A stretch of 64,000 bases of DNA, from assembly GCA_009914755.4 (NCBI GenBank), contig CP068257.2, forward strand, positions 37,056,001-37,120,000, read 5' to 3'. Below are positions 13,596-26,756 of this stretch, one piece after another. Source of the DNA: the human T2T-CHM13v2.0 reference genome, Homo sapiens. The translations under genes and the position numbers were made by a program. How positions within the stretch are numbered: position 1 is the first letter of the stretch; each line of letters opens with the position of its first letter. The notes beneath the pieces were generated by a model that saw only the letters and a list, made by a program, of their open reading frames with translations, had not been told where the DNA came from and did no database searches.

Positions 13596-13722
13596 CTTTT
13601 TAGAGATGGGGTCTCACTACATTGCCCAGGTTGGTCTCAAATTCCTGGCTTCAAGTGATCCTCCCACCTCAGCCTCCTGAGTAGTTAGGATTACACACGT
13701 TTGCCACTGTCCCCAGCTACCT
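13596..13722 (-). mobile_element. Alu fragment (left-arm only, AluJ/FLAM-like), minus orientation
   Basis: tttttagagatggggtctcactacattgcccaggttggtctcaaattcctggcttcaagtgatcctcccacctcagcctcctgagtagttaggattacacacg. Confidence 0.75.
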
Positions 13723-13897
13723 TGGTTTTGACATAATCTGGCCTGTAGCAGCTCCCTTTTCCCGTTCCTTCTTTAAGCTTTTCCAAACAGATGAATATCT
13801 TTCAATTTTCAGAAAAGTAATATCCTCAAACTCTTCAGAGTACTCCTCCCTTATCTGCAGAATTTAAACAATACCTCTTGCTTCTGTGTGTTGTTCA

Positions 13898-14287
<390 letters not shown>

Positions 14288-15241
14288 TTATTTTTTGTAT
14301 AATTGTAAATTATCAAAGAGGTCATTGTTTCTTTCTCCTTTAATATCATTTTAATCGGTGGATCTCCACTTTTCCTCCCCAGATTTCTTGCTCTGAAAAT
14401 GAAAAGTGGCAAAAGTAGAGGAAAAGACACTGGTGGGTAGAGTCATGACAAATTTGACATTTCTAAACTGGGCTTGACAGTGGAACTTTGAAAATATTTA
14501 TCTATCAGAAAATAGTTTCAGCCATGGGCAATTTGGTAAAAGGTTTAGTTGATGGAAAAACCGTAACTCAGTGTGACTGGCTTTAATGTAAGATGTTCTT
14601 GAAGGCCACAGAATCACCAGCATTTCCAACAACCTGGAAAATTTAGACCAGCTTGGAAAAATAACAGGGGGCTGGGGTCATAGCCAAAACACTGTGCAAG
14701 ATTAGATAAATTTATGTGCTTTAGAGATTTGGATTTAAATATTAAATTATAAATGAAAGCAATGCTGAGGCTGTGTTTAAACAGGGCTCTCTGCCTATGT
14801 TCTGGTCTCTTTTGCCTCCAAAAGATTGGAATAACTTTCCAAAATAAGGTGTGTGCTGCATCTATATATAGTTGTTTCCCATTTGCATTTCTCGTAAAAG
14901 TATGTGCTCCTATGGCTCCTTTAAGTAGTTAAAAAGGACTCTGCCCTGTGGGTGCTGGCCTGTGTCTCAGTACTTTTGTGTGCCTTCCAAGCCCAAGACA
15001 ATGACTTCTCTAAGAGGCAGCACTGCTCATCTGAGGTCCTTCCTCCTGCCACCCTGGCTGGTCTAGAGTTTCAGCCTCTGCACAGGCAATGGGCTAGTCC
15101 ACTTGAAGTGCTGGGTCCATTCTGCCTTTTTCACCTGCCATGGCCCTAAAACGACTCTCTTCTTGAATTGTCTGGTGAACATAATCAGATTTTCTCCAAT
15201 TTTGTTTCTGTTTTCATACCAAAAATGAAGAAAGCAACTGT

Positions 15242-15600
15242 GTTAGTCCGTTCTCACACTGCTATAAGGACGTATCCAGGACTGGGTAATTTATAAAGGA
15301 AAGAGGTTTAATGGACTCACAATTCCACATGGCTGGGGAGGCCTCACAATCATGGTGGAAGGTGAAGTAGGAGCAAAGTCATGTCTTACATGGCAGCAGG
15401 CAAGAGAGTGTGTGCTGGGGAACTGCTCTTTATAAAACCATCAGATCTCATGAGACTTCTTCACTATCATGAGAACAGCACAGGAAAACCTGCCTCCATG
15501 ATTCAATTACCTCCCACCGGGTCCCTCCCATGACACATGGGGATTATGGGAGCTACAATCCAAGATGAGATTTGGGTGGGGACACAGCCACACCATATCA
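15242..15600 (-). mobile_element. ERVL-MaLR solo LTR (THE1-like), minus orientation
   Basis: tgttagtccgttctcacactgctataaggacgtatccaggactgggtaatttataaaggaaagaggtttaatggactcacaattccacatggctggggaggcctcacaatcatggtggaaggtg...gatgagatttgggtggggacacagccacaccatatca. Confidence 0.85.
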
Positions 15601-17760
15601 GCAACCCCCTTCCTGTAGAACAAACAAACCATCTGCAGAACAAAGGAAGAGTAAACCCAAGGCTTCATCATGGTGGTCCTCCCCCTTGCCCCTTTTTTCA
15701 TCCCTCAAATTATACATGGAGTGGCATTAACCATTAACCACTCTTAGGTTTAAAACCCTCCTCCCTGTTGCCCTGAGAGTAATTTCCAAAAACATAGCTT
15801 GGTGTGGAAGCCCCGCTCATCTTCCCAGTTCTAGAGTCCCCCAATGCCCCCATCTTTGCTCTCTGTTTCTACCATAGCCGAGTAGGTTCTGATTCTTTCT
15901 ACCTTCCCAGGTGTTGGAACATTCCAGGTTGGAGTGTTATTCTTACAACTCTTGTCCCCCATTTCAGTTGGCCAACTCCCACTCACTCTGCCAGGGTTTC
16001 CCCTAACCATCCCCCACTGTTGGCTTAAGTGGCCCCACCATGAGCTGTCATGCCATATCGCAGCGCTATTTTTGCACACTCCAATGTAATTGCGTTTGTA
16101 CAGCTGCTCCCTGTTAGACTCCTGGAGGGCGACGGCTGTTTTGTGTTCCCTGTTGTGTCCTCACAGCCCCGCACAGTATTCAGCATATGATATGTGTTGA
16201 ACAAATACTTGATGAATGGATGAATACAATTACAGGAACCAATGTTTAGGTTGAGCCATATGAAATGGCTGCTATTTAACCATTTTTAACCTACAAACAT
16301 GGCAGTTTCATGATTCTATCTAATGAACTAACTGTCTTAGGAATACTGTGCCCCAGCACAAAAGACTGCTTGAAATTACCTCCAAAAGATGTAGGGGTCT
16401 AGGCCCCATGAAGAGAAGCTTCAGATAACACAGGAGAGGACAAAGGTAGAAGGAAAAGAGGATTTTGTGAAAAGAACTGAACAGGCATTTCCAATCAATT
16501 ATATGCTCAGAATTTTTCCTGGTCTCCCAAATATTGCCCTTCAGCCTTGCAAACCATCTGGAAAGTTCTTTCCTCTGGATGAAGCATGCTCATGCCAAAT
16601 GTGAACTCTGTACTCTCTGACAGTCACAAGGAAGACTGTCAAATCAGGTATCACTATTGAAAAAAAAAAGAAAAATACTTTTTCTAAATCAGAAAATAAT
16701 TCAATTTTATTCAGCTTTCAGAGAACTAAATAACCATGAGATTAAAATGCCAAATTGTGTATCACACTGTAGGCTTATAAGTACTATTATTCAGAAAAAC
16801 TGGGTTGTAGGAGGAAAATGAAGCCCAAAATAAGAAACAAGAAAAAGTGAGATGGTCTAATTTGGGTGGAAGTTGAGAACATGCCGTTCTTGCCATGAGT
16901 AATTGAGAGTTTGATGGTTAAAAAGAAAACCGACCCGGTACTCTTCTCCTCCTCTGTAAGGAAGACCATTAAGGGCATAAATCCTTATCAAATCCAACCC
17001 CTCTAACTGGGATTGAGGAAAAGCTGTCTTGCATAAGGAGGGCTGAGGGTGTCTAAGCAACAACTACAGTTCTCCCTGGTGTTAAGGTCTCAAGTTAATA
17101 AAATGAACAATTCTGGAAAATGCAAATAGAAAACCAACCCCAAAACTGTGACTGCCATGTTTGTGCAGTGGATGGAATTCTTAAGTGTTGTGCATTCGGG
17201 CTGCACAGACTCTGTTTCAGAAAGATGCTTCCAAGAGGTGGGATCTATTCAACAGAATATCATCCACAATGCAGGAGATGCCCAGGGAATATCATTCAAA
17301 AATAAACCAGGAAAATCCACAATAGCCATTTATCATGCATTCATTAAGAACTTGGCTCTGGGGTCCAGAGAAACACAGATGAAGAAGCCGTAACTCTGGC
17401 CTCCAGGATTTTGCCTCTTGTGTGGGAGCTGAGCTGACAGAAGTTCCTGATGCCAAATGGGATGTACAGACACAAAGCAAGGATATGAGGGGGCATTCTT
17501 GGTTAACTGCCAGGTGTGAGGAGTGAACCTGGCATGCTGCAAGTCAAGGAAAGGATGGCAACTGATGGAAACTGGGAAGGTCTGTAAGACATCATGCAAG
17601 AGACAAAAGCTGATCAATGTTCAAAGGTTATGGAACCACTTCTCTGTTATGCTTTTAAAAAGCAACTTCAAAGAGGAAAAGGGAATGGGATAGTTTATGC
17701 TTTGTTCCTAAACCAAACGATAGTAAACTCTGAAATTCAAGTCCTTCAAGAAATAATTAT

Positions 17761-17960
17761 TTCTCTCTCTGTCTCCTCTTTCTTTCCCTCCTTCCTTCCC
17801 TCCCTCCCTCCCTTCCTTCCTTCCTTCCTCCTTCCTTCCTGCCTTCCTTCCTTCCTTCCTTCTTCCCTCTCTTCCTCCCTCCCTTCTTTCTTTCCTTCTT
17901 TCTTTCTCCCTTTCTCTCTCTGTCTCTCTTTCTCTTTGTTTATCCTTCTCTCTCCCCTCC
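17761..17960 (+). repeat. (TTCC)n/(CTTC)n polypyrimidine microsatellite
   Basis: ccttccttccctccctccctcccttccttccttcc... about 200 nt; source of ORFs 17594-17971(+) and 17746-18027(-, KEGRKEGR-type peptide). Confidence 0.9.
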
Positions 17961-18189
17961 TAAATGAGTGAGGTAAATTTAATTGGGTCTGTGAAATCTC
18001 ATACCCTTTGGGTTGATATGAAGACACTAGGAAAGTACAACTTTATCTGACTACAAACATGATTATCTGTTGTGTTTTTCTAAAGAGTGTTTTCCTTTTA
18101 TGGATAAATTTATCTCATTTACTTTTATTGACATGTTTAGAATTATTTCTGATGTTTTATTTCTTTTTATGCTTTCTGGATTTTTTTAA

Positions 18190-18589
18190 CCTTTAAATTG
18201 AAGTATAACATATATATAGAAAAATAAACAAATCAAAACTGTATAACTTGAAAAACTTTTATAGAGTTGAAGCATCTGAGGAACCACCACCCAGATCAAG
18301 AAATGAAACATGACTTCTCACTTATAAATGGGAGCTAAACATGAGTATACATGGACATAAAGATGGGGATAATAGACACTGAGAATTGCAAAATGGGGGA
18401 GCGTAGGAGGGGAGTGAGGGTTAAGAAATTACCTATTGAGTACAATGTTCAATATTTGGATAATGGGTAGAATAGAATCTCAATCTCCATCATTAGACAT
18501 GTAATACCCAAGCAACAAACAAGTACATGTACCCACTGAATCTAAAGTAAAAGTAAAAATAAAATAAATAAAATAATTTTAAAAAAAAT
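18190..18589 (+). mobile_element. LINE-1 3' end (older L1P/L1MA-type) with poly-A
   Basis: ttaaattgaagtataacatatata...caccacccagatcaagaaatgaaacatgacttctcacttataaatgggagctaaacatgagtatacatggaca...gtacatgtacccactgaatctaaagtaaaagtaaaaataaa...aaaaaaaa. Confidence 0.7.
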
Positions 18590-19376
18590 GGAATATGACT
18601 GTCATCTACAAACCATTGAGATCCTTCCAGTCACTAACATTCCCCTGGGGTAACCACCAGCCTGATTTCTAATTCCATTTTTGCCTATTTTTGAACTTTA
18701 TATACATGGAATCATGTAGTATATACATTTTCATGTCTAGCTTCTTTTGCTCAATATCATGTTTAAGACATTTAATCATATAGTTGCATGCAGTTGTAGT
18801 TTATTCATTCTTATTGCTGAATAGTATTCCATTGTGTGGTTATACCACAATCAATTTACCCATTCCACTGTTGTTATGCATTTGGATAGTTTCCTCATTC
18901 TCAGCAAACTATCGCAAGGACAAAAAAACAAACACCACATGTTCTCACTCATAGGTGGGAATTGAACAATGAGAACACATGGACACAGGAAGGGGAACAT
19001 CACACACCGGGGACTGTTGTGGGGTGGGGGGAGGGGGGAGGGATAGCATTAGGAGATATACCTAATTCTAAATGACGAGTTAATGGGTGCAGCACACCAA
19101 CATGGCACATGTATACATATGTAACTAACCTGCACGTTGTGCACATGTACCCTAAAACTTAAAGTATAATAATAATAAAATTAAAAAAAAAAGAAATAGT
19201 TCTACTATAAACATTCTTGTACTTGTCTGTTTGTGAACATATGTATGTATTTGTGTTTGGCACCTACAAATGGAATTGCCAGGTAGTCATAGGGTTTGTG
19301 GATTGTCAGGTTTAGTCGGTTCTGCCAAGTAGCTTTTCAAGGCAGTTGTGAAGATTTACATTCCCACCAGCAATCA
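18590..19376 (+). mobile_element. Old L1M 3'UTR fragment interrupted by a nested young L1PA 3'-end insertion (18895-19192)
   Basis: Outer: ttccagtcactaacattcccc...gctgaatagtattccattgtgtggttataccacaatcaatttacccattccactgttgttatgcatttggatagtttcc ... resumes tctactataaacattcttgtacttgtctgtttgtgaacatatgtatgtatttgtgtttggcacctacaaatggaattgccaggtagtcatagggtttg...acattcccaccagcaatc. Inner: tcattctcagcaaactatcgcaaggacaaaaaaacaaacaccacatgttctcactcataggtgggaattgaacaatgagaacacatggacacagg...ggatagcattaggagatatacctaa...gcacgttgtgcacatgtaccctaaaacttaaagtataataataataaaattaaaaaaaaaa. Confidence 0.7.
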
Positions 19377-20087
19377 GAAAGCCAATATGATTGAAACTGT
19401 AATGCTTCCTCAGACAATAAACATATATTGAAGAAACCCCTTCTATACCAAGTCAGCATGGCCTGAGAGCTTAAGTATTAAACATTTTTGTTGCTTTCTT
19501 AGGACAAAAATAAGAGTTAGCTACACTGTTTTTAAAAGGAAGGAGGCTAGGAAGAAGTGGGTTCTGATAAGCATTAAGGACTCCTTTCCAAGATGAATGA
19601 ATAATGTAAACTAAATAAAGGCTGATGAAATGGCACAAAATAACAGTTAAGAATTACCAAGATCATGCCAGAGGGTGGTTAGAGAACCAGATGTTTCCAG
19701 GAAATTATGGTCCTTGTTTTGAACTCAGCTGGCCAAAAGCTGGGTAAAATTGTACATGTTTAACTCACAGGACTATCTGACAACAATGTTTATCCCACTT
19801 TGCAAAGAAAAATTTCCTGAGATACATCAGGAAGAAAATGCTGATAAGATTTTTTAAACTCAGGGGATACGTTTTTTAAGAACTTTCTAAGTTAATAATT
19901 TAATGATTTCTGCATTATTTTCCAGCATCATTAGCTTTAAAAATGTTGAAAGAAATTGAAAGTGAACATCCAAACTGGCTGGAGACTTGGAAAGGTGAAA
20001 TCTTTTCTAAGCTGCAGGAAAATGCAATGGAACTTCAGTGATAAAGACACATCCTTGTAATGATTTCCCATAGATTCAAAAAGAGCA

Positions 20088-20223
20088 GGCCAGGTGCGGT
20101 GGCTCATGTCCGTTATCCCAGCACTTCAGGAGGCCAAGGTGGGCGGATCACCTGAGGTCAGGAGTTCAAGACCAGCCTGGTCAACATGGTGAAACCCTGT
20201 CTCTATTAAATAAAAAAAAAAAA
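20088..20223 (+). mobile_element. Alu left monomer plus A-tail (FLAM-like or right-arm-deleted Alu)
   Basis: ggccaggtgcggtggctcatgtccgttatcccagcacttcaggaggccaaggtgggcggatcacctgaggtcaggagttcaagaccagcctggtcaacatggtgaaaccctgtctctattaaataaaaaaaaaaaa. Confidence 0.8.
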
Positions 20224-20334
20224 GAAAGAGAGAGAGCATACAGTATAGGCACACAAGTCTACATACAAGGGTATAAAATATTTCCAGAAAGAGATACAGA
20301 TCTTACCACACTTGTTCTCTTCTTAAAACTCTTC

Positions 20335-20636
20335 GGCCGGGCGTGGTGGCTCATGCCTGTGGTCCCAGCACTTTGGGAGGCCGAGGTGGGTGGATCACGA
20401 GGTCAGGAGATCAAGACCATCCTGACTAACACGGTGAAACCCCATCTCTACTAAAAATACAAAAAATTAGCTGGGTGTGGTGGCAGGCGCCTGTAGTCCC
20501 AGCTACTCAGGAGGCTGAGGCAGGAGAATGGCATGAGCCTGGGAGGCAGAGCTTGCAGTGAGCCGAGATCATGAACTCCAGCCTGGGAGACAGAGCAAGA
20601 CTCCATATCAAAAAAAAGAAAGGAAAAAAAAAAAAA
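20335..20636 (+). mobile_element. Alu SINE (AluY/S-like) with perfect 10-bp TSD aaaactcttc
   Basis: ggccgggcgtggtggctcatgcctgtggtcccagcactttgggaggccgaggtgggtggatcacgaggtcaggagatcaagaccatcctgactaacacggtgaaacccc...; aaaactcttc at 20325-20334 and 20634-20643. Confidence 0.93.
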
Positions 20637-23085
20637 ACTCTTCAGGTATTTGGTCCCATTGCCTAAAATCCCAGCTTTTTGACATTGCATTCAAAGCCAT
20701 TTATGAGCTAGCCTTTCCCTCTCTCTCTGACTCTATCCTATAACCACCTGCATTTCATCTCTTCCCTCTTGCATGGTTTTTCCAGCAACATCAAAGTAAA
20801 GATGCCTTTACTGATAAAAGACCACTCACCAGAAATGTTTAGGAGATTATTCCCTCGAAGGGGTGAGCAGGTGTCCTACCCAATGACTGACTGATACAGG
20901 AACACAAAAGCCCAGCTTCCATGCACTAAGGAGGGACAACTCCACAGTGCCCCGAGTGTCCATGTGTGAGTAGGCTGAAGTGAGACCTCAGCTGGAACCA
21001 CGTCTTTGCCCAGCTTATTCTCAGCCCTATTTCACATCTCTCATCACTCCTCAGAGACTGCCCTCAATAAATTACTTGCACAAAAATCCCCATATCAGGC
21101 TCTTCTTCTAGGAAACCCAATGTAAGAGAGGCATTTCTCACTTAACAACCAAAACAATGCTTTTGATGGACTTGTCCCCTAAATTGGCCTATGATCCATC
21201 CATCCTCTTCATCTCCATAAATGACATCACTTGCTCCACTGCTTGGTGCCAAAACCTAGGAATTGTCCTTGGTTCTTATCTTTCTCTCATGCTCCAGATG
21301 CAATCTGTCAGCAAATCCTGCTACCTTTGCCTGGCACATCCTGAATCTGACTCCGGCTCAGCACCTCACCTCCCATCTGGACTGAAAGAGCCTCCTTACT
21401 CGTGTCTGATTCCCTGTTCTTGTTCCTCTTTAATCAGTTCTCCACAGAGCTGCCAGAGTGAGCCTCTCAAAATGTAAGTAGAAAAAAGTGCCTCCTCTGC
21501 TCAGAATCCTGTAGTGGCTACCTATTATGCCTAGAATAGAATCACTTGGCCTCTTGTGATCTCTTCAGCTAAGTCTTCCACCTCATTGTATTAATCAGCT
21601 AAAGCTAAGACATGGCAGGTAACAAGCATTCCCCAAGTCTCAGCAGCTTGCTCCAACTACATGTCTTAGGGCTACTCCAACACAAGAGGGCAAATGACAT
21701 CCCCAGAATGTTTTGCAATCCCTACCCAAAGTACAACTAACTATACGTATTGGTTTCATGGGCACTATAAAGACACATTTTTACTTTTTCATTCATCACT
21801 GTTAAATATCCATTCCCTTAAAAATTCATAGGTAAAAAATGTTTGGAGAGAAAAATAAAAATAAAATAGAACATATCCTGTCTAAATAATATTAATTAAC
21901 AAATACCATATATGTTATCTTTAAAGAAAAACAGTAACAATGGGCAATGGATGTGACTTAAGAAGTGAAGACTCACAGTACTGTTAAACTCAATATGTGT
22001 TTTTAATATTCACTGACTCTCTAAAAAATGATATGGGAAGTGTACGAAGTATTTCTCTTGTGTCATTCTCTTTTATCCACTTGAGAAATGTTCTCCGTTA
22101 TGGCTCTTCTCTTTAAAGAGCTGGGTGAAATATCTCTGCAACCAACAAACAACCTGCCTCTACTCCAGGCACTGCTGTGCCTCTCTTTCTCCTTCAAGAT
22201 CCAACTTAAAAGTCACCTTCTCTACGAAATCGTCCAGCCTTCAAAAGCACCCATCCTGTTTCCTCTGGGTTTCCATTTGATTTTGCCCTGTTCATCTTCT
22301 TTTCCTTAGCAACAAGCCTAGGCCCTATGCACAGACTGTGTCAAATAAATGTTGAGTGAATGAAAGTATTAATGATCTAGAATGGGCACAGTGGAGTGGG
22401 CTGCACAACTTCAGGCATTTCCCAAACTCCTTTGGAGAAGAGGAAAGTTTCTAGAATCACAGGTAGCTCAGAATTTGCTCAAACTAATCCATCACAAATG
22501 AGCATGAAAAGATGCCTCTTTCTGTGCTCAGCATAATTTAAAAAATATATATCTAATTCAACATTCTGCTGGTAAAGGAGCATCTAAATAAAAAAAAGTT
22601 TTGACATCTCTTGATCAAACATGCTATTGCCTGCTTCTGTTTGGAGCACACAATGTCTATCATGGGTGTTTCTCGGGAGTCAATGACGATGAACAACAAG
22701 TTAATGGCCTGATTTATTCAAACGCGTCTCTGGACAGGCACTCAGTGGTGGCTCACACAGAAAGTTTTCTCCTTGGGATGAACAAGATCCACTGGTCCAC
22801 TTGCTAGGTTTCCATGCCCAGACAAATAGGGGAAAAATAGAGAAATCCTTCCACAGTTCTGGAAATAAATTCTGGGTGTGCAAGGGATTTGGCAAAGTTA
22901 AGCATTAAACATTTGGAAAGTCAAGTTTTGGGAAAAACAGACAGACTGCGTTTCCATGTACTCCCCATAATTTTAAACCAGGAAGTACAGTGAACAATCC
23001 AAATTAGACAAAACACTGACACTGTAGTTTTGTGAAAATTCCACAGAAATGCATTTACAAAATTGTTCTCCTTTCGTGTGTGTGT

Positions 23086-23117
23086 GTGTGCACGTGTGCA
23101 TGCACTTGTGTGTGTGG
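23086..23117 (+). repeat. Imperfect (GT)n/(GTGC) microsatellite
   Basis: gtgtgtgtgtgtgtgcacgtgtgcatgcacttgtgtgtgtgg. Confidence 0.8.
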
Positions 23118-24908
23118 TTTACAAGGCAGACCATCGTAGATGCTGGACCTCTTGGCAAATGCAATTAAAACAGCCTGGAGTACCCCACAGAGGATCATAG
23201 ATGAGCCTCAGAGACCCCTGGTGCCTTGCAAAATGCCAGTTAGCATCTTTATAAAGGATGGCTCTTGGTTTAACTACAGTGCGCCTCTGGCAAGCCACTT
23301 GTTTACGAGAATTGAGTATGACAGGGGAGATTTTTGTTCACTGGTAACCACAGGTAGAGAGTGCTGTATTCCCCCATGCCATCACCCTAATGAGAGCACA
23401 GCTGTTCACCCTCCCTTGGGGCTACCTCTGCCACCACTTGTCAGTCTAGCCCACCTGTCTCGATCACATGGAAAGTGTCATTTGGGAAGCTCGGTCCACC
23501 TCTGAAGCTGGAGCTGCTGTCAGTCAATGCTCAGAACCTCTTGGCAAAGCTCTGGCTTAATAGGAGGCTTCTTCCTGGGGTGTTGATAAAGAATGGAGTG
23601 GGTGGAGTGGTGATTTTCTCAGCAAAGGGAGCAGACCAGACACACCAAGGTCAGAGAAAGCTATTCAGTGCAGCTGTGGCTTCAGCTGACAAGTAGGCCC
23701 AAGAGGAGGGACTCAAGGTTGTGAAGTCTGGGGAGGCAAGACCATGACACTGAACTTCATTCTATAAGCAAAGGGGCACTGTAGGTGGCTTTTTTTTTTT
23801 CTTTTTGACATGAGGGGTGACCTGATCAGATTTGCATTCTGGAAGGATCAGAGGCTCAAGCGTAGAGAGAGAAAGAGAAAGAAGCAAGGGGAGCAGTTGG
23901 GGGAACTTCTGCAACTGTCTTGATAGATGTGATGGTGCCTGCTTAGGACATGGCAGAGCTGAGGAGGAAGGAAGAGATGCACGGGAGGTGGCATCGATGG
24001 GACTGTGCATTGATCATTACAGAAGTGTGAAGAGTGAAGAGCAGTGGTCTCCCCAGGTCTGACTGTCGTAGAGCCACATGGGGACACCAGAAGATGGCTT
24101 CAGAATAAACAAAGCAACCAATTTCATTTCACCCAAGGTGCAGTTGAATGCATCTGGGCATCCAGCTGTGCCCTCGCTGGGAGGATCTGGGTGAAGACCA
24201 GTATGAATCACCTGCATTGCCAGCGTGAAAGGGGCTAGGAAATTAGATCTATGTTTAGCAAAATAGTAACCAATAAAAGAATAAAAAATCATCTTCCAAT
24301 CGGAGGAATGAGAAATAATGGGTAAACAAAAGGTTAATGTGTAGGTGACTTCTAAATTTTTTGCTTTTGCTTGCCTATGCTTTCTAAAATTTCCCCAGTG
24401 AACATAAATTATTTTCTAGAAAAGAACAATCAATAGAAAGCTATTTTTAAGGGGAAAGCATGTAGACATCAGTGAACAGGGAGGCAGCAAATGAAAGATG
24501 AACGTGATGTAGTAGGTGTGAAGGGTGGGGGGAAGTGCAGCGAGCCCTGCAGCAAGACCTGGGCCATCCAGCCAAGGACACACAGCTCCCCTTCTGGCTT
24601 TCCCCGGCATCACAACAAAGGGCTTCTTCATATGGCTGCTCCTTTTCTGGAAGGTTCAGCCCCACATCATGCTCACCTCCTGAAAACACACCCTACCACC
24701 ACCACCTTCATTCATGTATGGCTTTTATCTTTTACCAAAATATACCAGACAGTATCTGTGCCTGTGGTGGGGCAGAGGGGAGGAGAGGTGTTCCAGAGAG
24801 GAAGGAGAGTGGCACCCTGCACAAGCCAGTCCTCCACATCCTATCCTCTCTCTTCACCTTCACAGCCCACTAAGTATTAAGATGCTGACTTCAATTTAGA
24901 AACTGAGT

Positions 24909-25266
24909 GTATTAGTCCATTTTTATGCTGCTGATAAAGACATACCCAAGACTGAGCAATTTACAAAAGAAAGAGGTTTAATGGACTCGCAGTTCCACAT
25001 GACTGGGGAGGCCTCACAATCATGGTAGAAGGTAAAAGACACATCTCACATGGCGGCAGACAAAAGAAGAGAGCTTGTGCAGGGAAATTCCCCTTTATAA
25101 AATCATCAGATCTTGTGAGACTTATTCACTATCAGGAGAACAGCACGGGAAAGCTCCACCCCCATGATTCAATTATCTCCCACTGTGTCCCTCCCACAAC
25201 ACATGAGGATTATGGGAGCTACAGTTCAAGATGAGATTTGGGTGAGGACACAGCCAAACCATATCA
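24909..25266 (-). mobile_element. ERVL-MaLR solo LTR (THE1-like), minus orientation
   Basis: tgtattagtccatttttatgctgctgataaagacatacccaagactgagcaatttacaaaagaaagaggtttaatggactcgcagttccacatgactggggaggcctcacaatcatggtagaaggt...gatgagatttgggtgaggacacagccaaaccatatca. Confidence 0.85.
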
Positions 25267-26576
25267 CTGAGATTCAGCTGTATCAAAGAACTTGCTCCAA
25301 ACCCCTAGAGACAGTAGGTAGCAGGACCAGGACATCTAGTGCTGCCTCCCAGGCTGAAAAGCCCCTGGGGAAAAACAGAGTGATTCTGAATGTGCATTCA
25401 GGAGTAGGACCGCCTGGTTCATATCCAGCCCCACCACTAAGAGCTGTATGACTCAGGGAAAGATGGTTGCCAGCCCACCATCTGTGGTAGGTTCTTAATG
25501 AGCATTTGAGTGAGAGAGTTCATGGTTGGTGCTTAGACCATGCCAGGTGCAATATACGTGCTCAATACATGTTTTCAGTGGTTGTTTTCTTTTCAGCACT
25601 CCACTCTGCCCCTCCAGCTACTCCAGAGCCTCACTGTGAAGACACCCCCTTCTTTGGCACCTCACTGACTAGTCTTCAGACAGGCTCCAAGATGGCGGAT
25701 CCTCTGTGGTAAAGAGGATGTTGAGAAGATATCAGCTGTAAAGATCTGTTAAACCAAGTCCTCTACTGCATTCTAGTTTTCCTGACCATCCAAGAATATC
25801 TCTGAGTACTGTAATTCCTGTTCTCAGAGCTGTAGGAAACATTCAATTTGATTCTTTTCACCAGGTGTTGATAAAGTCACAGTACAAGTTCTGGGCAGTT
25901 CTAGAACTTCATGGAATCTGACAAAACTCCCAGTATGTCACTGAGTCACTTATAATTTAGTCATAGACATGATAAAACTGTTAGTGAACGAGGACTGCTT
26001 TGAGGGAAAGGAGAAGGAAATACACCCCAAGAAATGAACAGAAAAGGATGAGGCAAGGTTGTAAAACTAGAGGCTGGATGGCTGCAGGTGGAGAGGGAGG
26101 GAGCCTCCTGCTGGGAGGCAGCCCCTCCGAAGGCATGGAACTTCCGTTTCCAGCTCTTTCCAGTGGTTTGTCAGCCTACAAACCTAGCATGATATTGATG
26201 AATTAACTTACAACAAGAAATATAACCATGTGGTAGCTGATTACCACTGCCCCCTCTCTGAAGGCACAAATACACCAAAAGACAAATTATCATGAAAAGG
26301 CAGGTTAGCCATCTTGAAACCAGAGCCACTGGAGTGAGCCAAGGGAATCTTATGGCGTGGTCATCCACCTAGGACCATGATATCCCTGACACTTTCCTGT
26401 GCCCGATTCTGCACGTGACACCATCTCCATGGGGTGCGTTGTCAAAGTTTTGCCATCCTATGGAACAAGATATTACATGAGAAGCTTTCTCTGGGGCATC
26501 AAGAAAGTGATAGATTTTAGACTACAAGTGAATTGTAAAACAGACCGTAATGCAAACATTTAAAGTAGGTGATAAA

Positions 26577-26756
26577 GAACTAGTTAGATAATTTGCCCAC
26601 ATCAAGGGCATACAGAGGTCAGGCTTGAGAAGCAGAGGGTTAGTGAAAAGGATTTCTTTAGAGAAAGAACTAGTTAGATAATTCACCCACATCAAGGGCA
26701 TACAGAGGTCAGGCTTGAGAAGCAGAGGGTTAGTGAAAAGGATTTCTTTAGAGAAA
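26577..26756. repeat. 90-bp tandem duplication (2 copies, 2 mismatches)
   Basis: gaactagttagataattTGcccacatcaagggcatacagaggtcaggcttgagaagcagagggttagtgaaaaggatttctttagagaaa at 26577-26666, immediately repeated at 26667-26756 with TG changed to CA. Confidence 0.9.

Noticed and set aside
13179-13658. 159-aa plus-strand ORF, the longest in the track
   Set aside because: It begins in the tail of a MaLR LTR and ends inside an Alu left-arm fragment (13596-13722). It has no homology signal, and its composition is typical of AT-rich non-coding DNA.
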